Assembly (NCBI RefSeq): GCF_006345805.1
Contig: NC_043011.1
Coordinates: forward strand, 54,262,464-54,326,463
Reading direction: 5' to 3'
Source: Octopus sinensis
Taxonomy: Eukaryota
Length of the DNA stretch: 64,000 bases
Shown here: positions 11,822 through 23,759 of the stretch, in pieces
Layout of the letters: each line of letters begins with the position of its first letter
Numbering within the stretch: position 1 is the stretch's first letter
The notes under the pieces: generated by a model
Seen by the model: only the letters and a program-made list of their open reading frames with translations
What the model was told of the DNA's origin: nothing
The model's database searches: none
Made by a program: the position numbers and the translations under genes

Positions 11822-12394
11822 TAGATGAGACAGACGGACAGACAGACAGATAGATAGATATGCACACTCAGAAATTCGTATTTCTACAAATATGTGTATG
11901 CAGCATGTGTGTGTGTGTATGTGTGAGTGTATGCATGTGGTGTCAGAGTGCGCATGCGTGTGCGTGTGTTATTCACAAGTTTTTACAGTTACTACGAGTT
12001 TCACCTTTGGCTCGGTTGGTTGTAATTATCTATTAACAGGCCAGCCCGTGGCGAAACTCAAAGCCTGACAACTATTGATATAATAGACATATCTATTCAC
12101 TCTAACCTTCCTGTTGATATTTCTATGAGATAAAACGCTTGCTATTATGTAAAATAGATGTACTTCACAGTTTTTGCATTATGTTATCTGTGTGCGTGTT
12201 TCTCCCGAAACAATTAGTTCAACAAAAAAACAGATTATGTTTTGCAAGCGAGCATGCCCTCTATACTGTAATAGAAAAGCTCTTTTCAATTAGTTATGGA
12301 GTATATAAATGAGAAAAATAAATCAATTATTAAAGTCAACTCTTTCTAGAAAATTTTATAAATTCCAATTTACACACACATACACATACATACA

Positions 12395-12441
<47 letters not shown>

Positions 12442-12507
12442 ATATATTATATATTATATATATATAGGTATATATAACACACACACATGCATACATACAA
12501 CAAATAT

Positions 12508-12556
<49 letters not shown>

Positions 12557-12579
12557 GTATATGTATAGATATGTGACCA

Positions 12580-12712
12580 CATGTGTATCGTAGGCGATTT
12601 TCTTTCTCCGTCTTCCCTTCTTTGGACTTTTTCTATATCTCTGATGAAGAGCTCCGCTCGAAACATAAAATCATCTTTCTTTTCTTTCCTTTCCTGAGCG
12701 TCCAATAACATA
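12580..12712 (+). mobile_element. PLE pLTR-type unit with hammerhead core (same family as 33645-33835)
   Basis: CTGATGA-A-GAGC-tcc-GCTC-GAAAC at 12641-12664; downstream ttcctgagcgtccaataa shared with the 33.7 kb copy. Confidence 0.6.
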
Positions 12713-12734
12713 CAATGTATGCATGTATGTTGTA

Positions 12735-13285
12735 TGTGAGGTCACTTTCGAATGCTACTGGTAACATGTAATCCAGTACAACCTGTTGCATGGTCGGGTC
12801 GTCGTCCACTAAACCGGCAACCTCACCAAGCTTGCTTGGTGAGGAGGATGTTTATTGGACACCCTGCGGGATGAAAAACAAAACCCGTCAAAGGGCGGAG
12901 AAACTCTTGAGAGTCAACGGCCATCCAATAAATGTCTTAAGGCTGTATCATGCGTGGGGACATAGAAATAATCGGACTGAATACCCGATCGCGCGGTTAA
13001 ACAATTGGGACTGAAGGACTCCTAGCCTTTGTCCGAGCATCCTTCTAGAAGAGGTAATCAGGTAACTGGGAACTCCGACATAAACCTGCGGCTCAGTGGT
13101 TACCGATGATGTTGACTTGTTCTTCTTTTCGGATTATGGCTGCTGTTGCTTAGTGAGTGGGATTGACTCAGTGCACAGCCTATCCCCACTTTAAAACAAT
13201 TCTTCTTGCACAGGCATTGCACGATAACAACATTGATTAAGCTTCGTGCAATGGCCATACTCGATAACGAGGGGGCAGCCACCAT
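12735..13285. mobile_element. Unclassified GC-richer insertion within a (TATG)n tract
   Basis: Sharp composition change, (tatg) on both sides, 11-bp hairpin 12821-12844; no ORF homology recognised. Confidence 0.35.
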
Positions 13286-13763
13286 GTATGTATGTATTGA
13301 AATATGGTTTTTGAATTTTTAATTATTGAAGATTTCAACAAGATACTTCAATGAGACAACAAACTTTTATTACTGATTTTTATTCACTGCGATATAAGCT
13401 TACATTTGTGTCCCCATTTCTTCGACTGTTTCCTTGCAACACCGTTGGTTGTTCGTGTAGAGAGTACTACGAAATCGTACAAACCATACACGAATGAAGA
13501 GAACCCAGCAACTATTTCCTATGCCAACCATTTGGCCGATAGTGTACAAGCGAACTTACCAGTAGTTTAATGTTCTCCACTCTAGTAATTCTGGAACGTT
13601 TTTTTCTTTCGGTGTAAGCAAGGAATCCTATTTCGCTGCGTCTGTTTAAAAGGAGTTTAGTATAAGCTAATATATTTTCTAACCTTATTCCCCAATAACG
13701 TTTCACGTGTCTCAGCCCTGACCAGTTCATTCTATAGTTATGGATTTACTCAGCCAGTGAAGT

Positions 13764-13954
13764 AGGCGCAGGAGTGGATGTGTGGTAAGTAGCTTGCTAA
13801 CCAACCACATGGTTCCGGGTTTAGTCCCACTGCGTGGCATCTTGGGCAAGTGTCTTCTGCTATGGCCCCGGGCCGACCAATGCCTTGTGAGTGGATTTGA
13901 TAGACGGAAACTGAAAGAAGCCTGTCATTATATGTATGTATAATATATATATAG

Positions 13955-14010
<56 letters not shown>

Positions 14011-14248
14011 ATGGTGTGTGTGTGTGTTTTGTTTGTGTGTCTGTGTTTGTCCCCCTAGCATTGCTTGACAACCGATGCTGGTGTGTTTACGTCCCCGTCA
14101 CTTAGCGGTTCGGCAAAAGAGACCACTAGAATAAGTACTGGGCTTACAAAGAATAAGTCCTGGGTTCGATTTGCTCGACTAAAGGCGGTGCTCCAGCATG
14201 GCCGCAGTCAAATGACTGAAACAAGTAAAAGAGTAAAAGAGTAAAGAG
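13764..14248 (+). mobile_element. SINE family A, full length
   Basis: All modules present, (gtaaaaga)n tail. Confidence 0.9.
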
Positions 14249-14714
14249 TGTTTAAATCCCTTGTCAGGGAAAGAGTACCTATGAATAGAAAGAAGTTATT
14301 TCCCATTGTCAGCTGTGGTGCCTATGTGAAATTTGCTATTGTGTGTGACTACCTCTCATTTATATACTATGTTTGCATGTATGCATTGGCCAATAAGGAA
14401 GCAATCTGCAGGGGACCGATAGTTGCATGCCACCAGGTGGTGGGGTCTTTGGACGGACTAGTTGACCAGTAAGTTGTGGGATGAAAATTTATTTTATAGG
14501 GTCGGGATCTACACAAGTCTGAGGAATTTCCAGAAGTTCCGCCATTTCTTTGATCCTTGCCGAGCCTGCGGATTCTCTCTGAGTTCATATCGGGTTGTGC
14601 GCGATCTGGACCGAGGATAACATGAATTAATCTATGCATATATTAGTACATACATCATATATATATATACACACACACATATATATGCATATTTATGTAT
14701 ATATAAATATACAC

Positions 14715-14750
<36 letters not shown>

Positions 14751-14752
<2 letters not shown>

Positions 14753-15015
14753 CACCTTGATCACCTTGACCAACCAGTCCGTCAGGCGTCCATTTGACAC
14801 CGCTGGTCACAGCACGCTGTCCACTCCTCTCTGGATCGCGCCTTTCTCATCCACGTGATCCCAATCGTCCTCCTGAAATCGTAACTCCACCGTCGTGGAG
14901 GTCTTCCAGATGGTCGTTTTCCGCTCGCGCGGGTACCACTCGACAACTGCGTGGGTCCACCGATTATCGGTGAGCCGGGCGACATGTCCAGCCCATCTAT
15001 ACTTGCTGCGTGTAT
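14751..15015 (-). mobile_element. RTE LINE 3' end (non-inverted part of a rearranged copy)
   Basis: RSKYRWAGHVARLTDNRWTHAVVEWYPR..GKRPSGRPPRRWS..; tail caaggtgatcaaggtgat. Confidence 0.85.
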
Positions 15016-15308
15016 ACTCTGCGGTGTCAACATCAATGGCGAGCTCCTCACCCACCTCCGTTTCGCTGACGACATCGTACTCATCGCTGAAAACACGGAT
15101 CAGCTTCTGACCATGCTGACGGAGCTCGACATTCAAAAGCTCTGCAGTAGGTCTCGAGATGAACCGCATGAACACAAAGTTCATGCGGTCAGACAACGTA
15201 CCAACAGGTCGAATGGTGATCGGCAGTGATGAAATAGAGGAGGTAAGGGAATATGTCTACCTGGGACAGGAACTGAATATGTGCCGAGATATCGGAAAGG
15301 AGATTTCA
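15016..15308 (+). mobile_element. RTE LINE RT segment (inverted part of the same copy)
   Basis: GVNINGELLTHLRFADDIVLIAEN...GLEMNRMNTKFM...EEVREYVYLGQ...KEIS; FADD at 15062-15073. Confidence 0.85.
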
Positions 15309-15534
15309 CACACACACACACACACATACACATACACATACATATATATATATATTATATATATACATCCATATCCATATCCGTCTATCAATCTATTTAA
15401 CTACACACACACACACACACATTTATCTGAAAGTAGGGACCACAGTAATCGTGGTCATTAGATCAGTAGCTCCCAGCATAAGATTAAGTAGTACGAAACT
15501 TCGAGGGAAAGCTATGGACCAATAAATTAATAGA

Positions 15535-15978
15535 TTAATTCGTCTTCTTCTTAATCCTTTTTGCCCCTTGTGGAGCATAGGGCTTCAACAGTTGTTTTCC
15601 ACTTTTTGCGGTCATTGGCGTGTATCTTGGCTGCTTCCCATGTCAGGCCGGTGGTCCTGAGCTCGTGCAAAATGCTCCGCTTCCATGTCTGCTTCGGGCG
15701 TCCTCGCTTCCTTTTCGTCTGCGGGTTCCAGTCAAGTACTTGTCGTGTCACATTTGAGGGTTCTTTCCGCAGTGTGTGTCCGATCTATTTCCATTTCCTT
15801 CGTCTAATCTGAACAGGTATGGGCTCCTGGTTGGCCCTTTCCCACAGGTCGGTGTTTGGCACTCTGTCGAACCACTTCAGATGGAGGATCTGCCGGAGAC
15901 ATTTGTTGATGAAGGGCTGGATCTTCTTGTGGTTGCTGCAGGTGACTCTCCATGTTTCAGAGCCATACAAAAGCACAA
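15535..15978 (-). mobile_element. RTE-clade LINE 3' fragment, third family
   Basis: LLYGSETW...FINKCLRQIL..W...RRKWKWIGHTLRK...RQVLDWNPQTKRKRGRPKQTWKR...DRKKWKTTVEALCS, (aag)n tail. Confidence 0.9.
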
Positions 15979-16280
15979 ATTAATTGATCAACAATATTCC
16001 AATCTCGTGTTTCATTTCATTTCATGCTACACGTGTCTTCATTATTGATTACACGTGGAATTACCTGTTATTACGTGTGTTATGTATGTTATAAATATGC
16101 ACCACATCATCAGGATACCCGAACTCCACAGGCAACAAAATATCATATAATGTAAAAAAAAAAAAACAGGTAATAGTAGGTAATATATACTTTTCGTTTA
16201 TGCACCCAGGGATATATTTCCTATGAGCACTTTGTTAAAGTTCCCGCACAGAGAGAATATTTTTGTTGCATCTGCGAAAT

Positions 16281-16282
<2 letters not shown>

Positions 16283-16336
<54 letters not shown>

Positions 16337-16683
16337 TAGTAGTAGTAGTAGTAGTAATGTAATAATTGTAAATTAATTAGATACATAGATATTTGTTTGT
16401 ATGTGTCTATGTGTGTGTATAAGTGTCTCATATGTGCGCATGAATATATAATTGTTTGCGTATATACATGTACATATATATATAAGTATATATAAGTGTG
16501 TATATATATATATATACAAACACACCCACACACACATATACTCATCGATACTTACATGCATGGCTGCGTGAATATACAAATATATAATTGTATATATAAT
16601 ATGGATATGTAATGTATATATGTATAGGTATGTAAATATGTGTATGTATGTGTGCGTGTGTATGTATGTATGTCTGTATATAC

Positions 16684-16719
<36 letters not shown>

Positions 16720-16920
16720 GCATATATAAAGTTATATATATAACTAATATTATATATATATATATAATTTATTTATATGTATATCATACAGCATTAGTTA
16801 TATTTATATATATACATATTATATAGTTATTATATATATATTAATATGTATGTATTTATATTTGTTTGTGTGTGTGGTATATAATATATATAGTATTATA
16901 TATATATATATATATAGATA
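16283..16920. repeat. (ATC)n, (AGT)n and (TA)n/(TG)n compound microsatellite
   Basis: Direct reading. Confidence 0.9.
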
Positions 16921-17310
16921 TATATGCGTGTATGCTTTCGACTATGTATTTGTGAGATTATATAAACATTAAGAAGCTCTATACATATAAATAGCCAAAT
17001 AGCCAGTCAGCAAAAACTGTGAAATCTCTTTACAACTCCACTGGCAGCAGATAATCGCCATTTTAACTACGTTCGTTCATTTCAGTAGAAATTTCCAGAA
17101 AATGATAAAGTACTTAAGGTTACCGGCAGCGTCTGTAAATGTTGTTAGGGAATGGAATTAAAATATAAAAATAACGATCTCAGCGGGAAAGAGAAGTAAT
17201 CGACACAGAGTAAGAGTAGAGGAATCACTATTTCCGTAGACTTTCGGATAAAGTAGAAAACCACAGTTTGACACAAGGTAAAGAATACTAATGCAATAAT
17301 AATAATAATA

Positions 17311-17360
<50 letters not shown>

Positions 17361-17406
17361 TAATAATAATAAAGCTAATAATAATAATAATAATAATAAT
17401 GCTAAT

Positions 17407-17439
<33 letters not shown>

Positions 17440-17440
<1 letters not shown>

Positions 17441-18030
17441 GTGATAATCGTTTCTACTATAGTCGCAAGGTCTAAAATTTAGCGGAGGGGGATAGTCGAC
17501 TACATCGACTCCAGTACTCAACTAGTACTTAATTTATCGACCCCGAAAGGGTAAAAGGCAAAGTCGACCTCGACGTAATTTGAACTCAGAACATAGAGAC
17601 AGACGAAATACCTATTTCTTTACTACCCACAAGGGGCTAAACACAGAGAGGACCAACAAGGACAGACAAACGGATTAAGTCGATTGTATCGACCCCAGTG
17701 CGTAACTGGTACTTATTTAATCGACCCCGAAAGGATGAAAGGCAAAGTCGACCTCGGCGGAATTTGAACTCAGAACGTAGCGGTAGACGAAATACCTATT
17801 TCTTTACTACCCACAAGGGGCTAAACACAGAGAGGACAAACAAGGACAGACAAACGAATTAAGTCGATTACATCACCCCAGTGCGTAACTGGTACTTATT
17901 TAATCGACCCCGAAAGGATGAAAGGCAAAGTCGACCTCGGCGGAATTTGAACTCAGAACGTAGCGGCAGACGAAATACTGCTAAGCATTTCGCCCGGCGT
18001 GCTAACGTTTCTGCCAGCTCGCCGCCCTAT
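17440..18030 (-). mobile_element. SINE family B head-to-tail multimer (one head, three bodies)
   Basis: Repeated body gttctgagttcaaattccgccgaggtcgactttgcctttcatcctttcggggtcgat...; junctions aaatag-gtatttcgtc near 17610 and 17795. Confidence 0.85.
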
Positions 18031-18204
18031 CATCATAATAATAATAATAAAGAAGAAGAAGAAGAAGAAGAAGAATCGTTTCTTTATTGGCCTCAAGGGC
18101 CGAATATAATAATAAAAGTAATAATAATAGTAATAATAGTAATGATGATAATAATTTCGAATTCTGGTACAAGGCTAACAATTTCGGGGAAGGGTGTGTC
18201 GATT

Positions 18205-18437
18205 ATATTTCTTTATTGCCCACAAGGGGCTAAACATACAGGGGACAAACAAGGACAGACAAAGGGATTAGGTCGATTATATCGACCCCAGTGCGTAACT
18301 GTTACTTTATTTATCGACCCCCGAAAGGATGAAAGACAAAGTCCCCCTCGGCGGAATTTGAACTCAGAATGTAGCGACGGGCGAAATACCGCTAAGCATT
18401 TCGTCCGGCGTGCTAACGATTCTGCCAGCTCACCGCC

Positions 18438-18477
<40 letters not shown>

Positions 18478-18695
18478 TGATTTCAAATTTTGGCACAAGG
18501 CCAGCAAATTCGGGGGAATGGTAAGTCGAGTATATCAACCCCAGAGTTTAACTGGTACTTATTTTATCGATCCCGAAAGAGTGAAAAGCAATTTCGACCT
18601 CGGCGGAATTTGGACTCAGAACCTGAAGACGAACAAAATGCCGATAAATATTTCGTCCGGCATGCTAACGCTTCTGCCAGCTCGCCGCCTTAACG
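18205..18695 (-). mobile_element. Two further SINE family B copies separated by (AAT)n
   Basis: Head ggcggtgagctggcagaa...gttcaaattcc and Nin-like body. Confidence 0.85.
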
Positions 18696-19236
18696 ATGAC
18701 GACGATGATGATGATATATTTTTAACTAACATGACCTCCTATACTCTGGGGAAGGATGCAGTCAATTTAATCGAGCTTAAGATCTGATTCGTAGCTATTT
18801 ACGTTATCGAACCCCAGTGGGGGATTAAATACAGTTTTCTCCGTGTTGGGAAATATGAAATAAAACCGTAATGGAAAATGAGTTTAATGAATTACCAGAA
18901 GGCATTTTGACCAGCGCTTGACTAAGTCTGCTGTTCTACCGCTTCAATAAGTGAAGCAACAGCTTGCAGATTCATTAACCTTTGATATACGCATTCCTAG
19001 CTGTTCTAGAAATAATAGCCACTGACCTCATTAAACTATGCAGGCCTGTCTCGAAATCTCAACACGAATTCACACCACACCACAACACTCAACCAACACT
19101 ATACTCAAACACATGAGAATCAATCACCACTCCACTCAGTCACCATTATACTCATCAGCCACTCCACTCAACCAGCCACAGCTACTCTCAGCCACTTTAC
19201 ACTCAACCACAACTACTCTCGGTCATCACCGCACTG

Positions 19237-19420
19237 AGTTGAGTCTGGCACTCCGTCGGTTACGACGACGAGGGTTCCAGTTGATCCGATTAACGGAACA
19301 GTCTGCTCGTGGAATTAACGTGTAAGTGGTTGAGCACTCCACAGACAGGCATAGCCTTAATGTAGTTTTCAGGGAGATTCAGCGTGACCTACAGAATGCA
19401 ACAAGGCTGCCCCTTCGAAT
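19237..19420 (-). mobile_element. SINE family C 3' part, followed by a family B 3' part to about 19560
   Basis: gcactccgtcggttacgacgacgagggttcc... Confidence 0.75.
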
Positions 19421-19605
19421 TACTGGTATTACTCATTTTTGCCTGTCATCCTTTCGAGGGCGATTAAATAAGTACCAGTTCTGCACTGGGGTCGATGTAA
19501 TCGACTTAATCTCTTTGTTTGTCCCCTCTGTGTTTAGACTCCTGTGGGCAATAAAGAAAAGAATAATATGTGTGTGCGTGCATATATATGCATGAATATG
19601 TGTGA

Positions 19606-19680
<75 letters not shown>

Positions 19681-20635
19681 TGTCTCTGTACACGTGTGTA
19701 TGTATAAGCACGTATACAGGCATGTGTACACACATACTTACACACACATAATCACTCGCGCACACACACAATGACTCACACGCACACTCATGAATGTATT
19801 CGTTTGAAGTCGTGGTTTTGGAAGCATAAAGTTGCCATTTCACCCTCAAGCTGCAACAATCCATGCAGTCTACAAAACACCACTCCTGCAGTTGCAGTTA
19901 TGTGCCACCGCTGTTAAATAGACTGCTGAGTGGAAGTACGGACTGAAACCGAGTCACACTGCTGACTGAGATATTTCATGTTCTGCCGTGTTGAATTTCT
20001 CACTGGTCTCTCTCCACTGAGCACGCACAGATCCCTGCGTCTTTGAGGGAAAGTGATACTGCGATGTCATTGCTTCTCCGACTTCTCATTCTCGTTCATG
20101 CTAAGTAAGGAACTTAACTGCCATAGACCAAAATCGGAGCTAAAGCGTAGATTCGTTTTCCTGTAGGTTCACATACTGTAAAGGAAGAGAAGTCGTTAGT
20201 AGTAGTGGTGATAAACTATAAAACTGATTGACGTCATAGGAATTTGGAAACTTCGAGAATTTGAGATAATTCTTTTTTTGGAACAGTGAAACTCGAAGTA
20301 GGAAAAGCTATAAATAATAGCGTGTAAATATTGGGTTTAAAAGTCGCAGGACAGAATTCAAAGGCTGTCCAATGGTACAACATCAGTCCTATTTACAGAC
20401 GTGGGTTCGTGTCCCACGGGTAGCCGTCGACTTTTTCTATCCAAAGGGACTGTTTGACTCACTGGGTACAAACTATTATTTATAGCTTTATCTACTTCGA
20501 GATTCATCATTCCGAAATACAATTATAATCTTGTTTGTTTGTTTGGGAGAACATGACCCAGACATTTTGGGCCGAGCCATTTGTCAGATGCAGAGAAAAG
20601 ACAAAAATATTGTATTCTTTGTTTGTGAAAGTACT

Positions 20636-20930
20636 TTTTGTTCCTTCTCGAGCCATCCCTGGCTCATATGGTCCGGTCTCCTTGGCGTATAGGTTCCCTA
20701 CATGGACGGGACGCCGGTCTGTCGCAGGTGAGCTGCTAGATGCAGGAGGAAAGAGTGAGAGAAAGTTGTGGCGAAAGAGTCAGCAGAAGTCTCGCCATTA
20801 CCTTCTGCTCGAGCCGCGTGGAGATTAAGTGTTTCGCTCATAAACACACACATCGCCCGGTCTGAGATTCGAACCCGTGATCTCTCGACCACGAGTCTGC
20901 TCCTCTAACCACTAGGTCATGTGCCTCTAC
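20636..20930 (-). mobile_element. tRNA-derived SINE sharing the family C head and middle but with a different 3' tail
   Basis: Minus strand gaggcacatgacctagtggttagag...ggttcgaatctcagacc...ctttcgccacaactttctctcactc then the tail cgtcccgtccatgtagggaacc...ggctcgagaaggaac. Confidence 0.75.
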
Positions 20931-21134
20931 TTGTGAAAGTATACTAATTGAATATCTGACGGTGTGAAATTTAAAAAAATAAGTAAAGAGAAATTAAAAG
21001 GGAATTATGCTAGAGGTGTCAAGAGAATAAGAGACGGAGTAGATTTTTATGCCCCGATTAGAGTATGAAACTCCCCCTACACCAATAAACTTATAGAACT
21101 TATAAGAGACGAGATATTGGGTAGCTTATATGGA

Positions 21135-21560
21135 GAATGAGTCACATTTTCACACACACTGACTGTGCAAGACGGCGCGTAGTCAGAAGAGATAGAGATG
21201 ACACCTTGACAAGGTCCTCAGAGCACTGGCTAACATGTTGGAGGAGGAGAGAAAGAAAAAGTTGCCTGATCCATATAAGATCAATCCCAGCTTTTCGGTT
21301 CATCAGAGAGTGACAGAAGCCGATTTTCAAAAGTATTCAGAACTTCCTGCTTGCAGGACAATCATCGAAGAGGAGAGTGGACCAAGGTAGGAAACCTCAC
21401 TATCCCCAGGTTGTCCAAGCATCTTATTGGCCTGACATTGTCATGTGGTCTGAGGTGAAGAAGATAATTATGATTAAACCGACAATTCCGTTGGCAGACT
21501 GGATGGGAGGAGGATAAGCAATAAGTACCAAGATTTGGTTCAACATTGTAGGGAAAATAT
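21135..21560 (+). mobile_element. Hero-like (R2-group) non-LTR retrotransposon fragment: zinc-knuckle region plus restriction-like endonuclease
   Basis: HI...C...H.DKVLRALANMLEEERKKK...PDIVMWSEVKKIIMIK.T.P...KYQDLVQHC, with stops and frameshifts. Confidence 0.7.
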
Positions 21561-21566
21561 ATGTTT

Positions 21567-21985
21567 GGCAGATCTGGCAGAATCTTTTGCACGCCGGGCG
21601 AAATGCTTAGCGGTATTTCGTCTGCGTTACGTTGTGAGTTCAAATTCCGCCGAGGTCGACTTTGCTTTTCATCCTTTCGGGGTCGATAAATTAAGTACCA
21701 GTTTCGCACTGGGGTCGATGTAATCGACTTAATACCTATGTCTGTCCTTGTTTATCCCCTCTGTGTTTAGCCCTTTGTGGGTAATAAAGGAATAGGTATT
21801 TCGTCTGCCGTTACGTTCTGAGTTCAAATTCCGCCGAGGTCGACTTTGCCTTTCATCCTTTCGGGGTCGATTAATTAAGTACCAGTTACGCACTGAGGTC
21901 GATGTAATCGACTTAATCCGTTTGTCTGTCCTTGTTTGGTCCCCTCTGTGTTTAGCCCCTTGTGGGTAGTAAAGAAATAGGTCTG
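21567..21985 (+). mobile_element. SINE family B dimer (head plus two bodies)
   Basis: Junction gaatag-gtatttcgtctgcc near 21795. Confidence 0.85.
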
Positions 21986-22293
21986 GCTATTTCTAGTTGA
22001 GGTTGGTGGTAGGGGGGGGGGTTCCTGCACATAACCTCAAGTGTTATTTGGAATTATTGATCGTGTAACGATGAAGCAAAGATATCGATACGATTTAATT
22101 AAAGATGATATCAACACGACTTTAAAAATAATTTCCACGCGATTAAAACTCAGAACCAAGGCCGAATTCAAAAATTAACTGCAAAATAATTTATTATGTT
22201 TAAACAGTTGTATCAGTCGTCGTCCGACTGATAATAATTAGAATGACAAATATTGGTTTCGAATTTCGACACAAGGCCAGCAATTTTAAGGGG

Positions 22294-22465
22294 AGGCGTA
22301 GGAGTGGCTGTGTGGTGAGTTGCTTGCTTACGAACCACATGGTTCCTGGTTCAGTCCCACTGCGTGGCACCTTGGGCAAGTGTCTTCTGCTATAGTCTCG
22401 GGCCGACCAAAGCCTTGTGAGTGGATTTGGTAGACGGAAACTGAAAGAAGCCCGTCGTATATATG

Positions 22466-22498
<33 letters not shown>

Positions 22499-22692
22499 CA
22501 GTGTTTGTCCCCCCTAACATCGTTTGACAACCGATGCTGGTGTCTTTACGTCCCCGTAACTTAGCAGTTCGGCAAAAGCGACCGATAGAATAAGTACTAG
22601 GCTTACAAAGAATAAGTCCTGGGGTCGATTTGCTCGACTAAAAGCGGTGCTCCAGTATGGCCACAGTCAAATTACTGAAACAAATAAAAGAG
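22294..22692 (+). mobile_element. SINE family A, full length
   Basis: All modules present. Confidence 0.9.
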
Positions 22693-23068
22693 TTTAGGAT
22701 TAAGTCGATTACTTCGACTCCAGTGTTCAATTACAGTAATCCGTCGCCATATCGAGGTTTATCATTTAAGCTTACGTCGATTCCTCTGTGTTGTTGTTTT
22801 GCATTTATAATAAAATAAATATATAGAAATAATAATAATATATATATATACTGGACAGTACTGTTTCTCATTTTACAGTATTGGTTCTTATTTTATCCAC
22901 TCCGAAAAATAAAAAAAATAAAGCCAGCCTCATCGGAATTTGAACCTGGAACGTAAAGAGCCGGAAAAGAATGACAAATACTTTATTTTATATCATTTGC
23001 CATAAAGGCAGTACACAGATATGTAGCTTTGCGGGTTGGACAAGACATTAATGAGGCGAATGATAATA

Positions 23069-23209
23069 TTAGGTTGTCCCAAAAGTTCGTAAACACTTGC
23101 GAAAATTGAATTTTTACTCTCCAAGTTCTAACAAAAACAACAAAAATTATTCCTCAAAATAAAGACCATTATTTTCCAAGATTTTCTACGAACTTTTGGG
23201 ACAACCTTA
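23069..23209. mobile_element. Mariner-type MITE, 141 bp, TA TSD
   Basis: TA|TTAGGTTGTCCCAAAAGTTCGTA...TACGAACTTTTGGGACAACCTTA|TA; 21-bp perfect inverted core; terminus resembles mariner TTAGGTTG. Confidence 0.85.
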
Positions 23210-23759
23210 TAATACAAGACAAAGAATGACAAATAATTATGAAATAAGAAATCCAGTTTGATTAATTAATAGAAGTTTGATTAATTAATCGAAGTAAAAA
23301 GTACAGAATCTGTATTGACAAAAAGCGGTCCGGGCTGAATAACAAGAGCGAGATGGAAATATGTCTTTCTGTGAAACAAACTCTGGTAAATCCCATGACG
23401 TTTAATCTAAGATGGAAAATTACTAAACAAGAAGACAGTGATACGATAGAAACGTCCCGTAAGTAGAAATGATATTTACTTTTGCGTTTTCTCCGCCTTT
23501 TTTATTACATTTAAAATATATTAAGAACAAGGAACAACACAAACTACAAAATGAACCAACATGGTGAATATTTTTGTTCTGTAATACTAAAGAAAACTTA
23601 TAAAGAATATGGTATAGAAACGTTTGGAAGCTATGCAGTTTCGGCATAACTACAAATTAGTGCCCTCCCCACAAATTTTTTGGGCCCCCCTGTACGTTCT
23701 GAGTTCAAATTCCGTCGAAGTCGACTTTGCCTTTATTCTTTTCGGGGTCAATAAATTAA

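Noticed and set aside
12785-12860. Possible HDV-like ribozyme (GGCAAC followed by a hairpin)
   Set aside because: Could not build P1/P2/P3 or find the J4/2 motif after the hairpin.
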